A DNA stretch of 60,465 nt, from contig JBATEC010000183.1 of the NCBI GenBank assembly GCA_049663825.1, positions 1 to 60,465 on the forward strand, given 5' to 3'. The DNA comes from Methanothrix sp. (lineage in GTDB: Archaea; Halobacteriota; Methanosarcinia; Methanotrichales; Methanotrichaceae). This document shows, piece by piece, positions 38,994 to 50,285 of this stretch. Both the position numbers and the translations under genes were made by a program. Every line of letters starts with the position of its first letter. Positions within the stretch are counted from its first letter, which is position 1. Below the pieces are notes generated by a model. The model did not search any database. It was not told the origin of the DNA and saw nothing but the letters and a program-made list of their open reading frames with translations.

Positions 38994-39647
38994 TTAAGTG
39001 ATGCTTCCAATGCCTCCGCCTCTCCCTTTTTCGGAAACGGAAAATCCCCACCCTTCCAAAAGCGCCTTTGTATCCCCCCGTCCGTGTAGCAGCACCTCGG
39101 CCAGATCCTCCGGGCAATCGATGTCAGATCCCGCCCGGAAAGACTCGAAGACGGTGACCTCAAGGCCCGCCCGCTGGCCGCAGGCCAGATGCTTGGGAAA
39201 GCTCAGCCCCTGGTAGCAGGTGCGAAACTCGGGGCTTCTGATGAGGATCATGTTTGTCCCTCCGCCCCGTCCCGGACAGAGTACCACATCACCCTGGCAG
39301 TTAAGAATGCCCACAACATCATTTTGTGTCAAAATAGCCAGATCGGCCATGACGATCAGAATATCCGATGGCCATCCTTGCATAGCCTCATCGGCAATAA
39401 ATGCGTTTAGAGCATCGTTTAGATCCAGTTCTGACTCATGGATCTCGACATCGTAGCCGACTTTCGCAGCGTCCAGCCCAGGCCGGGAGAGTATCGTCGC
39501 CCAGCCAAAACCTAAAACTGCATCCAGGACATCCCTCAGCATGGCAAATGACAAAAGCTGCCGCTCCTTTGGAGTGAGAACACAGGCCAGCCTGCTCTTC
39601 GCCCCTTGATTCTTGAAAGGAATTACCATGTGTATTGGCTGTCCCAC
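38994..39647 (-). CDS. cofC: 2-phospho-L-lactate/PEP guanylyltransferase
   Basis: IPFK...AKSRL, MADL, GGGTN, SF.KH, DIDCPEDL. Confidence 0.92.
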   Translation of the reverse strand: MGQPIHMVIPFKNQGAKSRLACVLTPKERQLLSFAMLRDVLDAVLGFGWATILSRPGLDAAKVGYDVEIHESELDLNDALNAFIADEAMQGWPSDILIVMADLAILTQNDVVGILNCQGDVVLCPGRGGGTNMILIRSPEFRTCYQGLSFPKHLACGQRAGLEVTVFESFRAGSDIDCPEDLAEVLLHGRGDTKALLEGWGFSVSEKGRGGGIGSIT

Positions 39648-39680
39648 GGACGAACAGCTCTAACAAGCTCTGATAAAATC

Positions 39681-40412
39681 CTATCTCTTCAGCCGGGACC
39701 GGATCACATCTTTGTCCTCAGCCATGAATGCCGAGCCTTCGCCGCTGCGAGGGTACTTCAGCCCGCGAAAAACAACTGCCGGTGTCCCGTCTCCGGCTTC
39801 ACCCATGAGCAGATTGGCCGCAGCCGCTATCTCGTCCACGATGGCCTCTAATGTGATCTCAAGGCGCATGCCGTGCAGGTCATGCTCCCCGCGCCAGTCG
39901 CGCAGAGCGGCGATCCCAGCCCAGCCCACAGCCACGCCCGCAACGCCCGCGCGAAAAGGCCGGCCGCAGGTGTCGGTGATGATTGTCGCGCAGTCCTTTC
40001 CCAGCCCAGCGCGCAGCCGCATGGCGCTGGCTCTGGGGTCTTCCGGCAGCAGCAGTATCCGGCCATCTCCCACATTGGACTGGTCGATGCCGGCGTTAAC
40101 GCCCACATGACCAAAGCGAGTTGCCACCAGCAGAAAAGGTTGGTCGAGCAAGACCTCCACCGATTCGTCCAGGACCGCCTGCACGAATCTGGGATCCTTG
40201 TCGATTTTCAGGGCGATCTTCATGGCCCGGTCTGTGGGATGATAGCTTTTCAGCTCCCGGAAACGGCCCTCCGACTTGGCCACGATGGTACTGGCCAGAC
40301 AGAGCACATCTCCATCTTGAAAATCAAAAAGAGATTTAACAAGTGAGGCGACGTCGTCGCCTTCTTTGATGATGGGCAGGCCGCGAATGACAAAGCATTG
40401 CATTGATGGCAT
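39681..40412 (-). CDS. cofE: Coenzyme F420-0:L-glutamate ligase
   Basis: STIVAKSEGR, NAGIDQSN, ITDTCGRPFR.G, DEIAAAANL.MGE. Confidence 0.95.
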   Translation of the reverse strand: MPSMQCFVIRGLPIIKEGDDVASLVKSLFDFQDGDVLCLASTIVAKSEGRFRELKSYHPTDRAMKIALKIDKDPRFVQAVLDESVEVLLDQPFLLVATRFGHVGVNAGIDQSNVGDGRILLLPEDPRASAMRLRAGLGKDCATIITDTCGRPFRAGVAGVAVGWAGIAALRDWRGEHDLHGMRLEITLEAIVDEIAAAANLLMGEAGDGTPAVVFRGLKYPRSGEGSAFMAEDKDVIRSRLKR

Positions 40413-40413
40413 T

Positions 40414-40647
40414 CTATTGAAATCGCGGATTTAAAGGCATCTTGCTGAGGCGATAGAGCCTGGCCTGAACCAGAAGATCAAGCAGATAGGAGTAGTTCTC
40501 GGCGACGATCGTCGCCCTCTCCTCGCTTATCTCAGTCCAGGGAAGACCACCATAGCCTTTGGCATATTCCATCCAGAAGGCCGGCGGAGAGAACTCAAGC
40601 AGATACTTGTTATCCTCCGTATAAGTGAGGGTGATCTTCTCTTCCAT
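40414..40647 (-). CDS. Hypothetical protein
   Basis: 77-aa ORF tightly packed in the operon. Confidence 0.7.
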   Translation of the reverse strand: MEEKITLTYTEDNKYLLEFSPPAFWMEYAKGYGGLPWTEISEERATIVAENYSYLLDLLVQARLYRLSKMPLNPRFQ

Positions 40648-41277
40648 CTAAGGCACCTTGCCAGTTCGCTCCACAACCTCGGCGAAGGCCAAAGTTCCGC
40701 TGATCTTCTTGATCTTGGCCTTGACGATCTCGCCCTTAACGGCGCTAGGCACGAAGATGAGATATTTATCCACCTTGGCTATGCCGTCGCCCTTGTTGCC
40801 CACGGACTCGATGCGCAACTCATAGGTCTCGCCCTCTTCGATTACATCCTTCTGCACGATCGTGGTAGCCTTTCTCTTTCTCACCGGTCGGTGAGCGCCA
40901 CAGGCATCGCACTTGAGCGTCAGAACACGATCGCTCTTGAGGAGGTGAGTATCGGGCAGCCTGCATTCTGTGCAGACTACATACTCCTCGAAGTAGGACT
41001 CTATCTGGCGGGCGATGGCAGTCTCGCCGAACTTTCCCTGAAAGACTCCGCGCTGCCCCTCGATCTTGCCCGCTGTGCCCATCTCCTGGAGCAGATATTT
41101 CATGAGGTGCTCCGGTTCGCGATTTAGTGTGTCCGCGATGGCCCCGAAGTTCTCCAGAACGGTGGTCTTCCCTTCATAAAAGACCTTGACGGAAGGTATG
41201 ACGAACCGCTCCTTAGACTCCCGAGTGGCCGGCATCTTCTTAATGGCCCGATCAAGGCCCGCTAAATAGTCATCCAT
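40648..41277 (-). CDS. eif2b: Translation initiation factor 2 beta subunit with C-terminal TRAM domain
   Basis: [34 protein letters not shown]. Confidence 0.95.
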   Translation of the reverse strand: MDDYLAGLDRAIKKMPATRESKERFVIPSVKVFYEGKTTVLENFGAIADTLNREPEHLMKYLLQEMGTAGKIEGQRGVFQGKFGETAIARQIESYFEEYVVCTECRLPDTHLLKSDRVLTLKCDACGAHRPVRKRKATTIVQKDVIEEGETYELRIESVGNKGDGIAKVDKYLIFVPSAVKGEIVKAKIKKISGTLAFAEVVERTGKVP

Positions 41278-41290
41278 CCAGATACCTTAA

Positions 41291-41806
41291 TTATTTTATC
41301 AGCTCTTGACCCGAGTCCACTACGATCTGGATCGGTGTCGGCAATTTATGTCCTGCCCTTGTCAATGCCACTTTGGCGTCGCTAAGGTATGCAAGGGGTA
41401 TTCCTACAGTAAAGAGCTTCTGGCCTGCCTCGACCCTGGCCGCAGTTCCAACAGCCTTGCCGAAAGCCATCCTCATTCCGCTGGAGACACGGTCGGCGCC
41501 TGCACCCGTAGCCTGCTTATTTTCCCGGATGACATGGTGCGGATAAGTCCTCAGCTTGAGGTGGAAGTTGGTTCTGCCTACCACTTTCATAAGGTAACGG
41601 TTGGCTGAGACTCTGGCCGCTTCAAGAGCGGTATGCCTGATCTGGCAAGGCTCCTTGACAACCAAAGTGAGCTCTATGGGAAAATCTTCAGTCAAATTTC
41701 CCATGTCATAGTGTACTACTTTGCTTCCAGGAACGCCGCCCATGTATCTTCTGCGCGTGTAGGGCCGTTCCCTCCTTCTATACATGCTTGCTGGCTTGCG
41801 TGTCAA
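41291..41806 (-). CDS. rpl10e: 50S ribosomal protein L10e (uL16)
   Basis: [44 protein letters not shown]. Confidence 0.97.
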   Translation of the reverse strand: MTRKPASMYRRRERPYTRRRYMGGVPGSKVVHYDMGNLTEDFPIELTLVVKEPCQIRHTALEAARVSANRYLMKVVGRTNFHLKLRTYPHHVIRENKQATGAGADRVSSGMRMAFGKAVGTAARVEAGQKLFTVGIPLAYLSDAKVALTRAGHKLPTPIQIVVDSGQELIK

Positions 41807-41883
41807 AACGAAATTCCTCCAATAATCCTGAGATTGGTGCTACTAATCACCTTGCTTATAAGGTTTGGCCTTAATTGCCCGTC

Positions 41884-43131
41884 TTACACCGTGATGGGCG
41901 TGGAGAAAGACATCTCCTTGGCTAAAGGCCTCTTCATGAGCGTGCGGATATCTTCAGGACTTTTTGCATTTGCGACTGTCCACATGAGCTTGACCAAAGC
42001 CACCTCGGGCAGCATATCCTCGCCCTCAATTGCTCCACCGTCCAGCATGTAGCGTCCTGTATCGTATACCCGATCGCATATTCTGCCCCGAAGGCATTGC
42101 GAAGTAACCACCACGGGAATATTCTCATCTGTGGCCCTCTTGATGCCGTCTATCCAATCGGATGCCACATGACCCAAGCCCGTTCCCTCCAGCACGATGC
42201 CGCGATAGCCCTTATCGATGTAGTAGTTCAAGATCTCCGGCGAAGATCCGGGCGTGTACTTGACCAGGGCGCATTTGGGCTCAAGCCTGTCCATAACCTC
42301 CAGCTCCACCTCGCCCCTTCGGCGGTAGGGCTGGAAGGTCTGAATCTTTCTGGTGAGATTGTCCACCTTTCCAATCGGCGCCTGGTTTATGCTTTGGAAG
42401 GCGTCCCGGCGAGAGGTATGCATCTTTCGCACCCTTGTCCCGCGGTGAATTGTGCAGTAATCGTCGCTGGTTGTGCCGTGCATAACCACACAGACCTCGG
42501 CAATGTCGCTTATGGCAACGCTCGCCGCGCAGACGGCATTCATGGAGGCATCGCTGCTGGGCCGGTCTGAGCTCCTCTGCGAGCCGACCAAGACTACCGG
42601 CACCGGCGTCTTCAGCATGAAGGAGAGTGCCGCCGCGGTGTACATCATGGTATCCGTGCCGTGGGTTATGATCACGCCCTCTGCGCCTGCACGTATCTCC
42701 TCCGCCACAGATTGGGCGAGCTTTATCCAGTATTCGACGCGCATGTTCTCGCTCAAGATCTGATAGATGACGCGGGCACGGTAGTTGGCGATCTCCTCCA
42801 GCTCCGGTATGGCCGATATTATCTCACCTGCGGAAAACTGGCTGGTGACGGCTCCCGTGCGGTAATCGACCTTGCTGGCAATCGTTCCTCCGGTGGATAA
42901 AATGGAAACCTGAGGCAGGCCCGCTCTAACCTGCAAAGGCCTGTCTTTGTGCAATGGCTGACTTTCCGGGTGCTTTTGCAGTAGCGTTAGCTCACACTTA
43001 GCGGCACATAGGCCGATATTGTAGCCGTTGTCCAGCTTTACGACCAGGTATCCTTCGCGCCGGGAAGGCATGAGCACGCCCTCAAAGGATGTGCCGTTCC
43101 TCTTTATGGAGATTCTGTCCCCCAGTTCCAT
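41884..43131 (-). CDS. gatD: Glu-tRNA(Gln) amidotransferase subunit D
   Basis: [38 protein letters not shown]. Confidence 0.96.
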   Translation of the reverse strand: MELGDRISIKRNGTSFEGVLMPSRREGYLVVKLDNGYNIGLCAAKCELTLLQKHPESQPLHKDRPLQVRAGLPQVSILSTGGTIASKVDYRTGAVTSQFSAGEIISAIPELEEIANYRARVIYQILSENMRVEYWIKLAQSVAEEIRAGAEGVIITHGTDTMMYTAAALSFMLKTPVPVVLVGSQRSSDRPSSDASMNAVCAASVAISDIAEVCVVMHGTTSDDYCTIHRGTRVRKMHTSRRDAFQSINQAPIGKVDNLTRKIQTFQPYRRRGEVELEVMDRLEPKCALVKYTPGSSPEILNYYIDKGYRGIVLEGTGLGHVASDWIDGIKRATDENIPVVVTSQCLRGRICDRVYDTGRYMLDGGAIEGEDMLPEVALVKLMWTVANAKSPEDIRTLMKRPLAKEMSFSTPITV

Positions 43132-43306
43132 TTTTGACTCACCAGATGACCATTAACCCCTACTACTTTACGCTAGGCATCTAAAAACGTTGCCCTTGAG
43201 TTAAGATTGCCTAAAGTCGGATAAGCAGCTCGACCAAGATCTGACTCTCGGCCCCCTGCAGATTAATAAAGGGCTTTTATCTCAAGAGGTAGTTTTACTG
43301 TAGAGG

Positions 43307-44137
43307 ATGTTAGTGATGCACAAATGGGACCCCAAAGTGTATGAGAAGAGTTCCTGCGCCCAGCAGAGATGGGCGCAGGAACTTCTATCCAAGATCTCAA
43401 TCAGAGGAGATGAACGGATACTCGATATCGGATGTGGAGATGGCAAAATCACAGCAGAGATTGCACACCTCGTCCCCAAGGGATCTGTCTTGGGCCTCGA
43501 TAGTTCCGAGGAGATGTTGAGCTTCGCTGGGCTTCGGTTTCCGCCTTTGAACTGGCCTAACCTTGCCTTCAAATATGGAGACGCTTCGGAGTTAAAGTAC
43601 GAAGATGAGTTCGATCTCGTTCTCTCTTTTGCATGCCTCCATTGGGTGCAGGATCATGGACCGGTTCTGGAAGGGATCAAATGCGGCCTCAAGAACGATG
43701 GTAAGGTTTTGATGCAGTTTGGAGGCAGGGGCAATGCTGCCGCGATCCTGGAGGTTGTAGATGGACTTATTTCTGAGGAGAAATGGTCTGGGTACTTCGA
43801 GGGTTTCAGGTTTCCTTATGGCTTCTTCGGCCCTGATGAGTATCGGACCTGGCTTGAACGTGCAGGCCTGAGCGCCTTGAGGGTTGAACTGGTAGCAAAG
43901 GATATGGTCCAGAGGGGACGAGATGGTTTGATCTCCTGGTTCAAGACCACATGGCTGCCATATATCGAAAGAGTACCGGAGGATTTGCGAATGGATTTTA
44001 TTTGCGAAGTAGTTGACCGGTATATTCGGGTGCATCCACTCGATGATGAGGGAAATGTTCATGTCGGGATGGTAAGGCTGGAAGTGGAAGCCGAAAAGAA
44101 CGATCATGGGAACACATCTCAAACTACGGACTTATAG
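43307..44137 (+). CDS. Class I SAM-dependent methyltransferase (Tam-like)
   Basis: ILDIGCGDG, FDLVLS.ACLHWV. Confidence 0.88.
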   Translation: MLVMHKWDPKVYEKSSCAQQRWAQELLSKISIRGDERILDIGCGDGKITAEIAHLVPKGSVLGLDSSEEMLSFAGLRFPPLNWPNLAFKYGDASELKYEDEFDLVLSFACLHWVQDHGPVLEGIKCGLKNDGKVLMQFGGRGNAAAILEVVDGLISEEKWSGYFEGFRFPYGFFGPDEYRTWLERAGLSALRVELVAKDMVQRGRDGLISWFKTTWLPYIERVPEDLRMDFICEVVDRYIRVHPLDDEGNVHVGMVRLEVEAEKNDHGNTSQTTDL

Positions 44138-44162
44138 AATAGCATGGTTCGCGGGAGAAGAA

Positions 44163-44696
44163 ATGATCTATTTTGTGACCAGCAATAAGGGAAAGTACTC
44201 CGAGGCGCAGGCAATATTCGGCGACCTCATTCAAAGGGACATCGGCTACGCTGAAATTCAGGCAGACACGCTGGAAGAGGTAGCTCTTTATGGCATGAAA
44301 GAGGTCGCAGCCAGGCTAGAGGGGCCGGTGATGCTCGAGGATGCGGGCCTTTTCGTAGAAGCTTTGCAGGGTTTTCCAGGCGTTTATTCCGCGTATGTGC
44401 AAAAGACCATAGGCAACGCCGGGATACTGCGACTCATGGAGGGCCAGGAGAATCGATTAGCTTACTTCAAATCGTCTGTTGCCTACGCTGAGCCGGGCCT
44501 GGAGACAGTGATGTTCTCAGGAGAAGTACACGGGCAGATCGGCTTTGAGCCGCGGGGCAAGAAGGGCTTTGGCTATGATCCCATCTTTTATGTGGGCGAT
44601 GAGAGTATGGCGGAGATGGATCTGGAGAAGAAGAACCAAATCTCTCATCGCGCAAAATCCATGTGGGCTCTAAAAAAATGGCGGGATAGCCGCTAA
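44163..44696 (+). CDS. XTP/dITP diphosphatase (RdgB/HAM1)
   Basis: FVTSNKGK, EDAGL, GFPGVYS, GFGYDPIF, KNQISHR. Confidence 0.95.
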   Translation: MIYFVTSNKGKYSEAQAIFGDLIQRDIGYAEIQADTLEEVALYGMKEVAARLEGPVMLEDAGLFVEALQGFPGVYSAYVQKTIGNAGILRLMEGQENRLAYFKSSVAYAEPGLETVMFSGEVHGQIGFEPRGKKGFGYDPIFYVGDESMAEMDLEKKNQISHRAKSMWALKKWRDSR

Positions 44697-44702
44697 ACTT
44701 TT

Positions 44703-44963
44703 TTAGGGCCGCTTCTTCTCCAGGGCGCAGCGCGGCAGCAGCCTGGCATCGATTGCTTTGATGAAGGGCGCCTGGACGGCAGAAACATAGACCTTACGCT
44801 CTCCTACCAATATTACGTGATCAGTCGCCTTTGGCGGGCTGATTCTGACCGAGAACATCAATGGCCCTTCACAGGTGGTGGCCACGCGCAGATCGGTAGA
44901 GCGGGCAAGGATGTACTCCTCCATCTCGGCTGTAATCTTGAGGGAAAGGGATTTGTCCGACAT
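44703..44963 (-). CDS. Hypothetical protein
   Basis: MSDKSLSLKIT...DLRVATTCEGP...PPK.TD; compact ORF. Confidence 0.6.
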   Translation of the reverse strand: MSDKSLSLKITAEMEEYILARSTDLRVATTCEGPLMFSVRISPPKATDHVILVGERKVYVSAVQAPFIKAIDARLLPRCALEKKRP

Positions 44964-45055
44964 TGAAGGGCAAATCACTCCGCAGATAGAAATAGGTTTT
45001 CGAGAACTCTATGATCAAATAGTTTAATAATGCCTTTCCCTCCAAGGAGTAGCCC

Positions 45056-45400
45056 GTGAGACGGAGAAAGGACAGCCACAAAACCAGAGATCTGGCCATA
45101 CAACGCATGGAGAGGCTCTTTGTGCTGGCGGCGGTAGTGCACGCAGCTCACCCGGAGAGGAGCGACAGATATGTGCAGATCGCCAGGAAGATTTGCTCCC
45201 GTACCAGAGTCAGAATGCCCCGCCCGATGAAAAGGCTCTTTTGCAGACACTGCGGCAGCTTTCTCACCGCTGCAGAAACTAGGGTAAGGCTTCGCGAAGG
45301 CGTCCTGACTACCACCTGCCTATTATGCGGCGAGCAGATGAGACGCCCTTACCGTTCTCCAGAAAGGGCCAGCCCGGAAAGTACCAGGGCCCGGGTCTAA
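45056..45400 (+). CDS. rnp4: Ribonuclease P protein component 4 (Rpp21)
   Basis: A.QRMERLF, RYVQIARKI, CRHC, RVRL, CLLCG..MRRPY. Confidence 0.92.
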   Translation: MRRRKDSHKTRDLAIQRMERLFVLAAVVHAAHPERSDRYVQIARKICSRTRVRMPRPMKRLFCRHCGSFLTAAETRVRLREGVLTTTCLLCGEQMRRPYRSPERASPESTRARV

Positions 45401-45876
45401 TCGATGCTATCGGATGAAGCCATCCCCAGTTGATCGTAGCCTATGTACTGCATTATGTGATCCTTCTTGTTGCCGATCAGCTCTTTCTCGCGATCGAGGA
45501 TCTCTCTTATCAGTGCATTGACTGGCACCTTTCCATCCCAATTTCTGGCCAGGATGTCAGGCGAGGCTGATTCCTTGGTAACCTCATTGGCAACAAACGC
45601 GCAAAGATAGATATCATCAACATAGCCGATTGGACCGTACTTCTCCTCGGGGATGATGTCCCCAGGAAGGATAAAATATGCAATGGCGGCAATGACTAGC
45701 TGCGACATCGACCTGGGGAGAGCCTGGTCATCCAAGAGCCTGGTCATCATTTTGTAGAGGGCCGGAGCCTGGTGAATTAGCTGGGAAAATTCGCCATCAT
45801 AACCGGATATGTCCTCTTCCAGTATGGCATCAAATCTCTTCAAATCAAAAACCTCCTCACTCCTTATGGTGGGCAA
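45397..45876 (-). CDS. YkvA/DUF1232-family protein
   Basis: AIAYFILP.DIIPE...PIGYVDD. Confidence 0.88.
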   Translation of the reverse strand: MPTIRSEEVFDLKRFDAILEEDISGYDGEFSQLIHQAPALYKMMTRLLDDQALPRSMSQLVIAAIAYFILPGDIIPEEKYGPIGYVDDIYLCAFVANEVTKESASPDILARNWDGKVPVNALIREILDREKELIGNKKDHIMQYIGYDQLGMASSDSID

Positions 45877-46129
45877 TTAATTAACTTTTGTGCCAGAAAA
45901 ACATTATAGTAGCGGGCCAGGGGGTGGAGTGCGGATGTATCTGGCGGGATCACTGTATCGAATAATTGAAAAGCAAGGATACCCGATCGAGTCCGCCTAA
46001 TTCCTCTCCAGCCCAAAGGATGGAGCCTTCTTGGGCAACGTGGTGAAAGCTTCATATAATGTAAAGAGGGAGGGGTGGGCAGATACTGAAGATATAATGA
46101 AGAACCTGTGACTTGGGATAGATGATTTT

Positions 46130-48406
46130 ATGGACGCTGTTGTATGGCTGGAAGAAGTGGGAAAGAATGATCTTTCCATAGTGGGCGGCAAGGGTGCAAG
46201 CCTGGGTGAGATGATAAATATCGGCGTTCCCGTACCTGGCGGATTCGCTGTCACGGCTCAAGCTTTCCGGGATTTCATCAACCGGGCGGGCATAGCCAAG
46301 AAGCTATTCGAGGCCCTTAAAGTCGATGTGAATCAAGAGTCAGAGCTGCACCGGGCCGAAGAGACGGCCAAGAAGCTCATCATGGAGGCCAAGGTGCCTG
46401 AGGACATCGAGAAGGCCATAAAATCCCGCTATGAGGAACTATGCAAGCGCGAGGGCAAGCAGGTCTTTGTGGCCGTGCGGTCCAGCGCCACCGCAGAGGA
46501 TCTTCCCGATGCCAGCTTCGCAGGCCAGCAGGAGACCTTCCTCAACATGCGCGGGGCCGAGGATGTCTTCAACGCAGTTCGCAAGTGCTGGGCTTCTCTT
46601 TATGGAGCACGTGCTATCTTCTACCGGGTGGAGCAGGGATTCGAGCATGATAAGGTCAACCTTTCCGCCATTGTGCAGAAGATGGTGGACTCCGAGAAGT
46701 CGGGTGTCATGTTCAGCTCCCAGCCCTCCACAGGCGAGCCCCTGGTGGTTATAGAAGGCGCCTGGGGCCTGGGAGAATCCGTCGTTAGCGGCAGCGTATC
46801 ACCCGACAACTTCGTCGTGGACAGAAAGACCAAGAATATCGTTAGCAAGTACATCGCCGCCAAGGAGATTATGATCATCAGGGACCCCGAGACCCAGAAG
46901 ACGGTCACGGTAAAGGTCCCGGCCGAGAAGCGAGAGGCTATCGTTCTCACAGACAACGAGGCAATTGAGCTGGCCAAGTATGCCGAGATACTGGAGAAGC
47001 ATTACGGCATCCCCCAGGATATCGAATGGGGTGTAGAGAAAAACAAGATCTATATCCTCCAGTCTCGCCCCATCACCACGATCAATAACAGCAAAAAGCC
47101 AGCGCAAGCAGCAGCCAGCGGCAAGGTCTTGTTCACGGGCCTCGGAGCCGCACCTGGAGTGGCCACGGGCTTTGTGCGAATAATCACCAGCGGCAGAGAG
47201 CTGGATAAGGTCAAGCCGGGCGACATCATGGTCACAAAGATGACTATGCCGGACATGGTTCCGGGCATGAAGCGCGCCGGGGCTATCGTCACCGACGAGG
47301 GCGGCATGGCCTGCCACGCAGCCATTGTAAGTCGCGAGCTGGGCTGTCCCGCAGTCGTGGGAACCAAGAAGGCTACATCTATTCTCAAAGACGACATGGA
47401 GGTTACTGTTGACGGTGGCAAGGGCATCGTCTATGAGGGGCGCGTGGCCCTGGCAGCACCTGCTAAGACGGCCTCCGCAGCCAGTGGAGGTGGTGTGGTC
47501 TTTACTAAACCCATGACTGCCACAGAGATCAAGGTAAATGTCAGCGAGCCGGATAGAGCGGCGGCGGCGGCCGATACAATGGCTGATGGTGTGGGCCTTT
47601 TGAGAATCGAGCACATGATCCTGGGCCTGGGCAAGACACCTAACTGGTACATTAAGAACGGCAAGACCGAGGAGTACATCGGTGAGCTGGTCAAGGGCAT
47701 CAAAGTCGTAGCCGATGCCTTCTACCCCCGACCGGTGTGGGTGCGCACCCTGGATGCGCCCACGGACGAGTTCCGGGCCATGGAGGGTGGCGAGGGCGAA
47801 CCTCACGAGCACAATCCAATGCTCGGATGGCGTGGAATTCGGCGCGACCTGACGGAGACGGAGCACTTCCGCCTGGAGATAAGGGCTTTTAAGAAGCTGC
47901 ATGAGATGGGCCTTACAAACGTTGGAATCATGCTGCCCATGGTGCAACACGTTCGCGAGTTTCAGAAGGCCAAGGCTATCATGGTTGATGAGGGCTTAGA
48001 CCTGGAGAAGATCGATGTAGGCATCATGGTGGAGACGCCAGGCGCCGCGCTCACCATTGAAGATTTCATTGAGGACGGAATCGATTTTATCTCATTCGGC
48101 ACCAATGATCTGACCCAGTACACCCTGGCGGTAGACCGCAACAACGAGAACGTGGCCGGGCTGTATTCCGAGTTGCATCCAGCCATACTCAAGCTCATCG
48201 AGTATGTAGTGGAGCGCTGCAACGAAGCGGGAGTAAAGACCTCCATATGCGGCCAGGCCGGATCATATCCGGAGATGGCCAAGAGGCTGGTAGAGATAGG
48301 CATCACGAGCATATCGGCCAATATCGATGCCGTTGCCACGGTCAGAGAGACTGTGGCCAGATCTGAGAGGATCCTTATGCTCAATGCCCTGAGAAGCAGG
48401 AAATAA
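46130..48406 (+). CDS. ppsA: Phosphoenolpyruvate synthase
   Basis: VGGKGASLGE, AVRSSATAED, SFAGQQET, CHAAIVSRELG, SFGTNDLTQ. Confidence 0.97.
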   Translation: MDAVVWLEEVGKNDLSIVGGKGASLGEMINIGVPVPGGFAVTAQAFRDFINRAGIAKKLFEALKVDVNQESELHRAEETAKKLIMEAKVPEDIEKAIKSRYEELCKREGKQVFVAVRSSATAEDLPDASFAGQQETFLNMRGAEDVFNAVRKCWASLYGARAIFYRVEQGFEHDKVNLSAIVQKMVDSEKSGVMFSSQPSTGEPLVVIEGAWGLGESVVSGSVSPDNFVVDRKTKNIVSKYIAAKEIMIIRDPETQKTVTVKVPAEKREAIVLTDNEAIELAKYAEILEKHYGIPQDIEWGVEKNKIYILQSRPITTINNSKKPAQAAASGKVLFTGLGAAPGVATGFVRIITSGRELDKVKPGDIMVTKMTMPDMVPGMKRAGAIVTDEGGMACHAAIVSRELGCPAVVGTKKATSILKDDMEVTVDGGKGIVYEGRVALAAPAKTASAASGGGVVFTKPMTATEIKVNVSEPDRAAAAADTMADGVGLLRIEHMILGLGKTPNWYIKNGKTEEYIGELVKGIKVVADAFYPRPVWVRTLDAPTDEFRAMEGGEGEPHEHNPMLGWRGIRRDLTETEHFRLEIRAFKKLHEMGLTNVGIMLPMVQHVREFQKAKAIMVDEGLDLEKIDVGIMVETPGAALTIEDFIEDGIDFISFGTNDLTQYTLAVDRNNENVAGLYSELHPAILKLIEYVVERCNEAGVKTSICGQAGSYPEMAKRLVEIGITSISANIDAVATVRETVARSERILMLNALRSRK

Positions 48407-48421
48407 ATAAATGGGATCAAA

Positions 48422-49552
48422 ATGAGAGACAAAGCCCTTCCCGAAGATGAGGTAATGCGCATCCTGGCGGAAACGAGAGCACGTAACTACAGCTATGGCC
48501 GCTTCTTATCCACCATGTGCACCCTGCCCCACCCCATTGCGGTTAGGGCTCATAACATGTTCCTGGAGACAAACCTGGGCGACCCGGGACTGTTTCCGGG
48601 CGTGGCCGAACTGGAAGAGCGCGTCGTGCAGATGCTGGGCGAGCTGTTGGGCTGCCCGGCTGCCTCTGGCTATATTTCCACGGGCGGCACGGAGTCCAAC
48701 ATCCAGGCCATCCGGGCGGCCAGGAATGAGGCAGGCAGAAAAGACGGCAATATAGTCGTTCCTGCCTCGGCCCACTTCTCATTCGACAAGATCGGAGATC
48801 TTCTCTGTCTGGAGGTGCGAAAGGCTGAGCTGGATGAGTGCCTTAAGGTTGACTTATCGTCGGTCGAATCTCTGCTGGACAAGAGAACCGTAGCCCTGGT
48901 TGGCATAGCCGGGACTACCGAGTTCGGCCAGGTGGACCCCATTGAGCAGTTGGCGAAGATGGCGGTGGAGCGGGGCATTCACCTGCATGTTGACGCTGCC
49001 TTTGGCGGATTTGTCCTGCCCTTCCTGGAAAGAAAATTTGCCTGGGATTTTTCGGTGCAGGGGGTCTCTTCCATCACTATCGATCCGCATAAGATGGGCA
49101 TGAGCACCATTCCTGCCGGCGGCCTGCTCTTCCGCGGTCGAGAGTGCTTGAGTGCTCTGGAGACTGAGACCTATTATCTCACTAAAGCGAAGCAAGCATC
49201 CCTAACCGGCACGAGAAGCGGAGCTGCAGCCGCGGCTACTTACGCCGTGATGATGCATCTGGGCCGGGAAGGCTTCAAAGAGATGGTAGACTATTGCATG
49301 GACCTTACGCATCATCTGGTGGCTGGTGCAAGAGAAATCGGCATTCAGCCGGCGATCGAGCCCATCATGAATGTGGTGGCGCTGAAGGTTCCCTCTCCGG
49401 CAAAGGTGCGCGAGGAGCTGATGAAGAGGGATTGGCATGTCTCCATGACCCGCGAGCCTAACAGAGCCCTGCGACTGATACTGATGAGGCATATGACACG
49501 GGAGAATATCGACCTGTTTCTGGAGGATTTGAAGGCCATCTTGGCCGCTTGA
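48422..49552 (+). CDS. mfnA: L-tyrosine/L-aspartate decarboxylase
   Basis: NLGDPGLFPG, GGTESN, HVDAAFGG, IDPHK, GTRSG. Confidence 0.93.
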   Translation: MRDKALPEDEVMRILAETRARNYSYGRFLSTMCTLPHPIAVRAHNMFLETNLGDPGLFPGVAELEERVVQMLGELLGCPAASGYISTGGTESNIQAIRAARNEAGRKDGNIVVPASAHFSFDKIGDLLCLEVRKAELDECLKVDLSSVESLLDKRTVALVGIAGTTEFGQVDPIEQLAKMAVERGIHLHVDAAFGGFVLPFLERKFAWDFSVQGVSSITIDPHKMGMSTIPAGGLLFRGRECLSALETETYYLTKAKQASLTGTRSGAAAAATYAVMMHLGREGFKEMVDYCMDLTHHLVAGAREIGIQPAIEPIMNVVALKVPSPAKVREELMKRDWHVSMTREPNRALRLILMRHMTRENIDLFLEDLKAILAA

Positions 49553-49683
49553 TTTTTCCAGAGGGGAGAATTATGGCTGCCGAAAGGATTCATGAAGATT
49601 TACATCAATAGTATTACAAAATTAAACAAATATTTGGTCGGGTTCAGAGAACCTTCGACCTCATCGACTAAAATCCAGTCAAT

Positions 49684-49905
49684 TCAAACTTTATGACCAA
49701 TGGCAAAGCGTCTCATTACCTTATCGATCTGAATCTTGACTGCGTCGCCTACTTTGGTATCAGCCACAAAGATCACAAAACCTTCCAATCGGGCAATGCC
49801 GTCGCCTTCCCTGGCAATGTCCTCAATATTGACATCGTACTCTTTTCCGACCTCTACCGGGGCAGGAGTGCCCATGGAGGATCGATCTGCATTATAATTT
49901 GCCAA
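49684..49905 (-). CDS. Single TRAM-domain protein
   Basis: PVEVGKEYDV.IEDIAREGDGIAR.EGFVIFV. Confidence 0.93.
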   Translation of the reverse strand: MANYNADRSSMGTPAPVEVGKEYDVNIEDIAREGDGIARLEGFVIFVADTKVGDAVKIQIDKVMRRFAIGHKV

Positions 49906-49933
49906 AACACATCACCGTCCTTAGAAAAGCAAT

Positions 49934-50188
49934 TTAAATTTTATGGCCGATGGCGAAGCGCCTCATTACCTTATCTATTTGGATCTTGACCGCGTCGCCC
50001 ACCTTTGTATCAGCTACGAAGACCACAAAACCCTCTACTCGGGCAATGCCGTCGCCTTCCCTGGCAATGTCCTCAATATTGACATCGTACTCTTTTCCAA
50101 CTTCTACTGGTGCAGTTGGATCGGACCCTCCCATAGAAGATCCTTCCTGGCCTCTGAACAAATCTTCACCATCCTTTGCGAAAACCAC
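49934..50188 (-). CDS. Single TRAM-domain protein (tandem paralog; start uncertain)
   Basis: TRAM core nearly identical to the neighbour. Confidence 0.9.
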   Translation of the reverse strand: MVFAKDGEDLFRGQEGSSMGGSDPTAPVEVGKEYDVNIEDIAREGDGIARVEGFVVFVADTKVGDAVKIQIDKVMRRFAIGHKI

Positions 50189-50285
50189 AAATACTTTTCG
50201 CGATCAGCTCCCTCGTTATACGACTATTAAATACTTTTGCTCATGCAATGCCAATTTATTTCTGCTAGGATGCCTTTTTCCGTGC

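Noticed and set aside
49950..50285. N-terminal extension of the RsmB-family ORF
   Set aside because: Antisense to the TRAM gene; the real start is probably ATG at 50286
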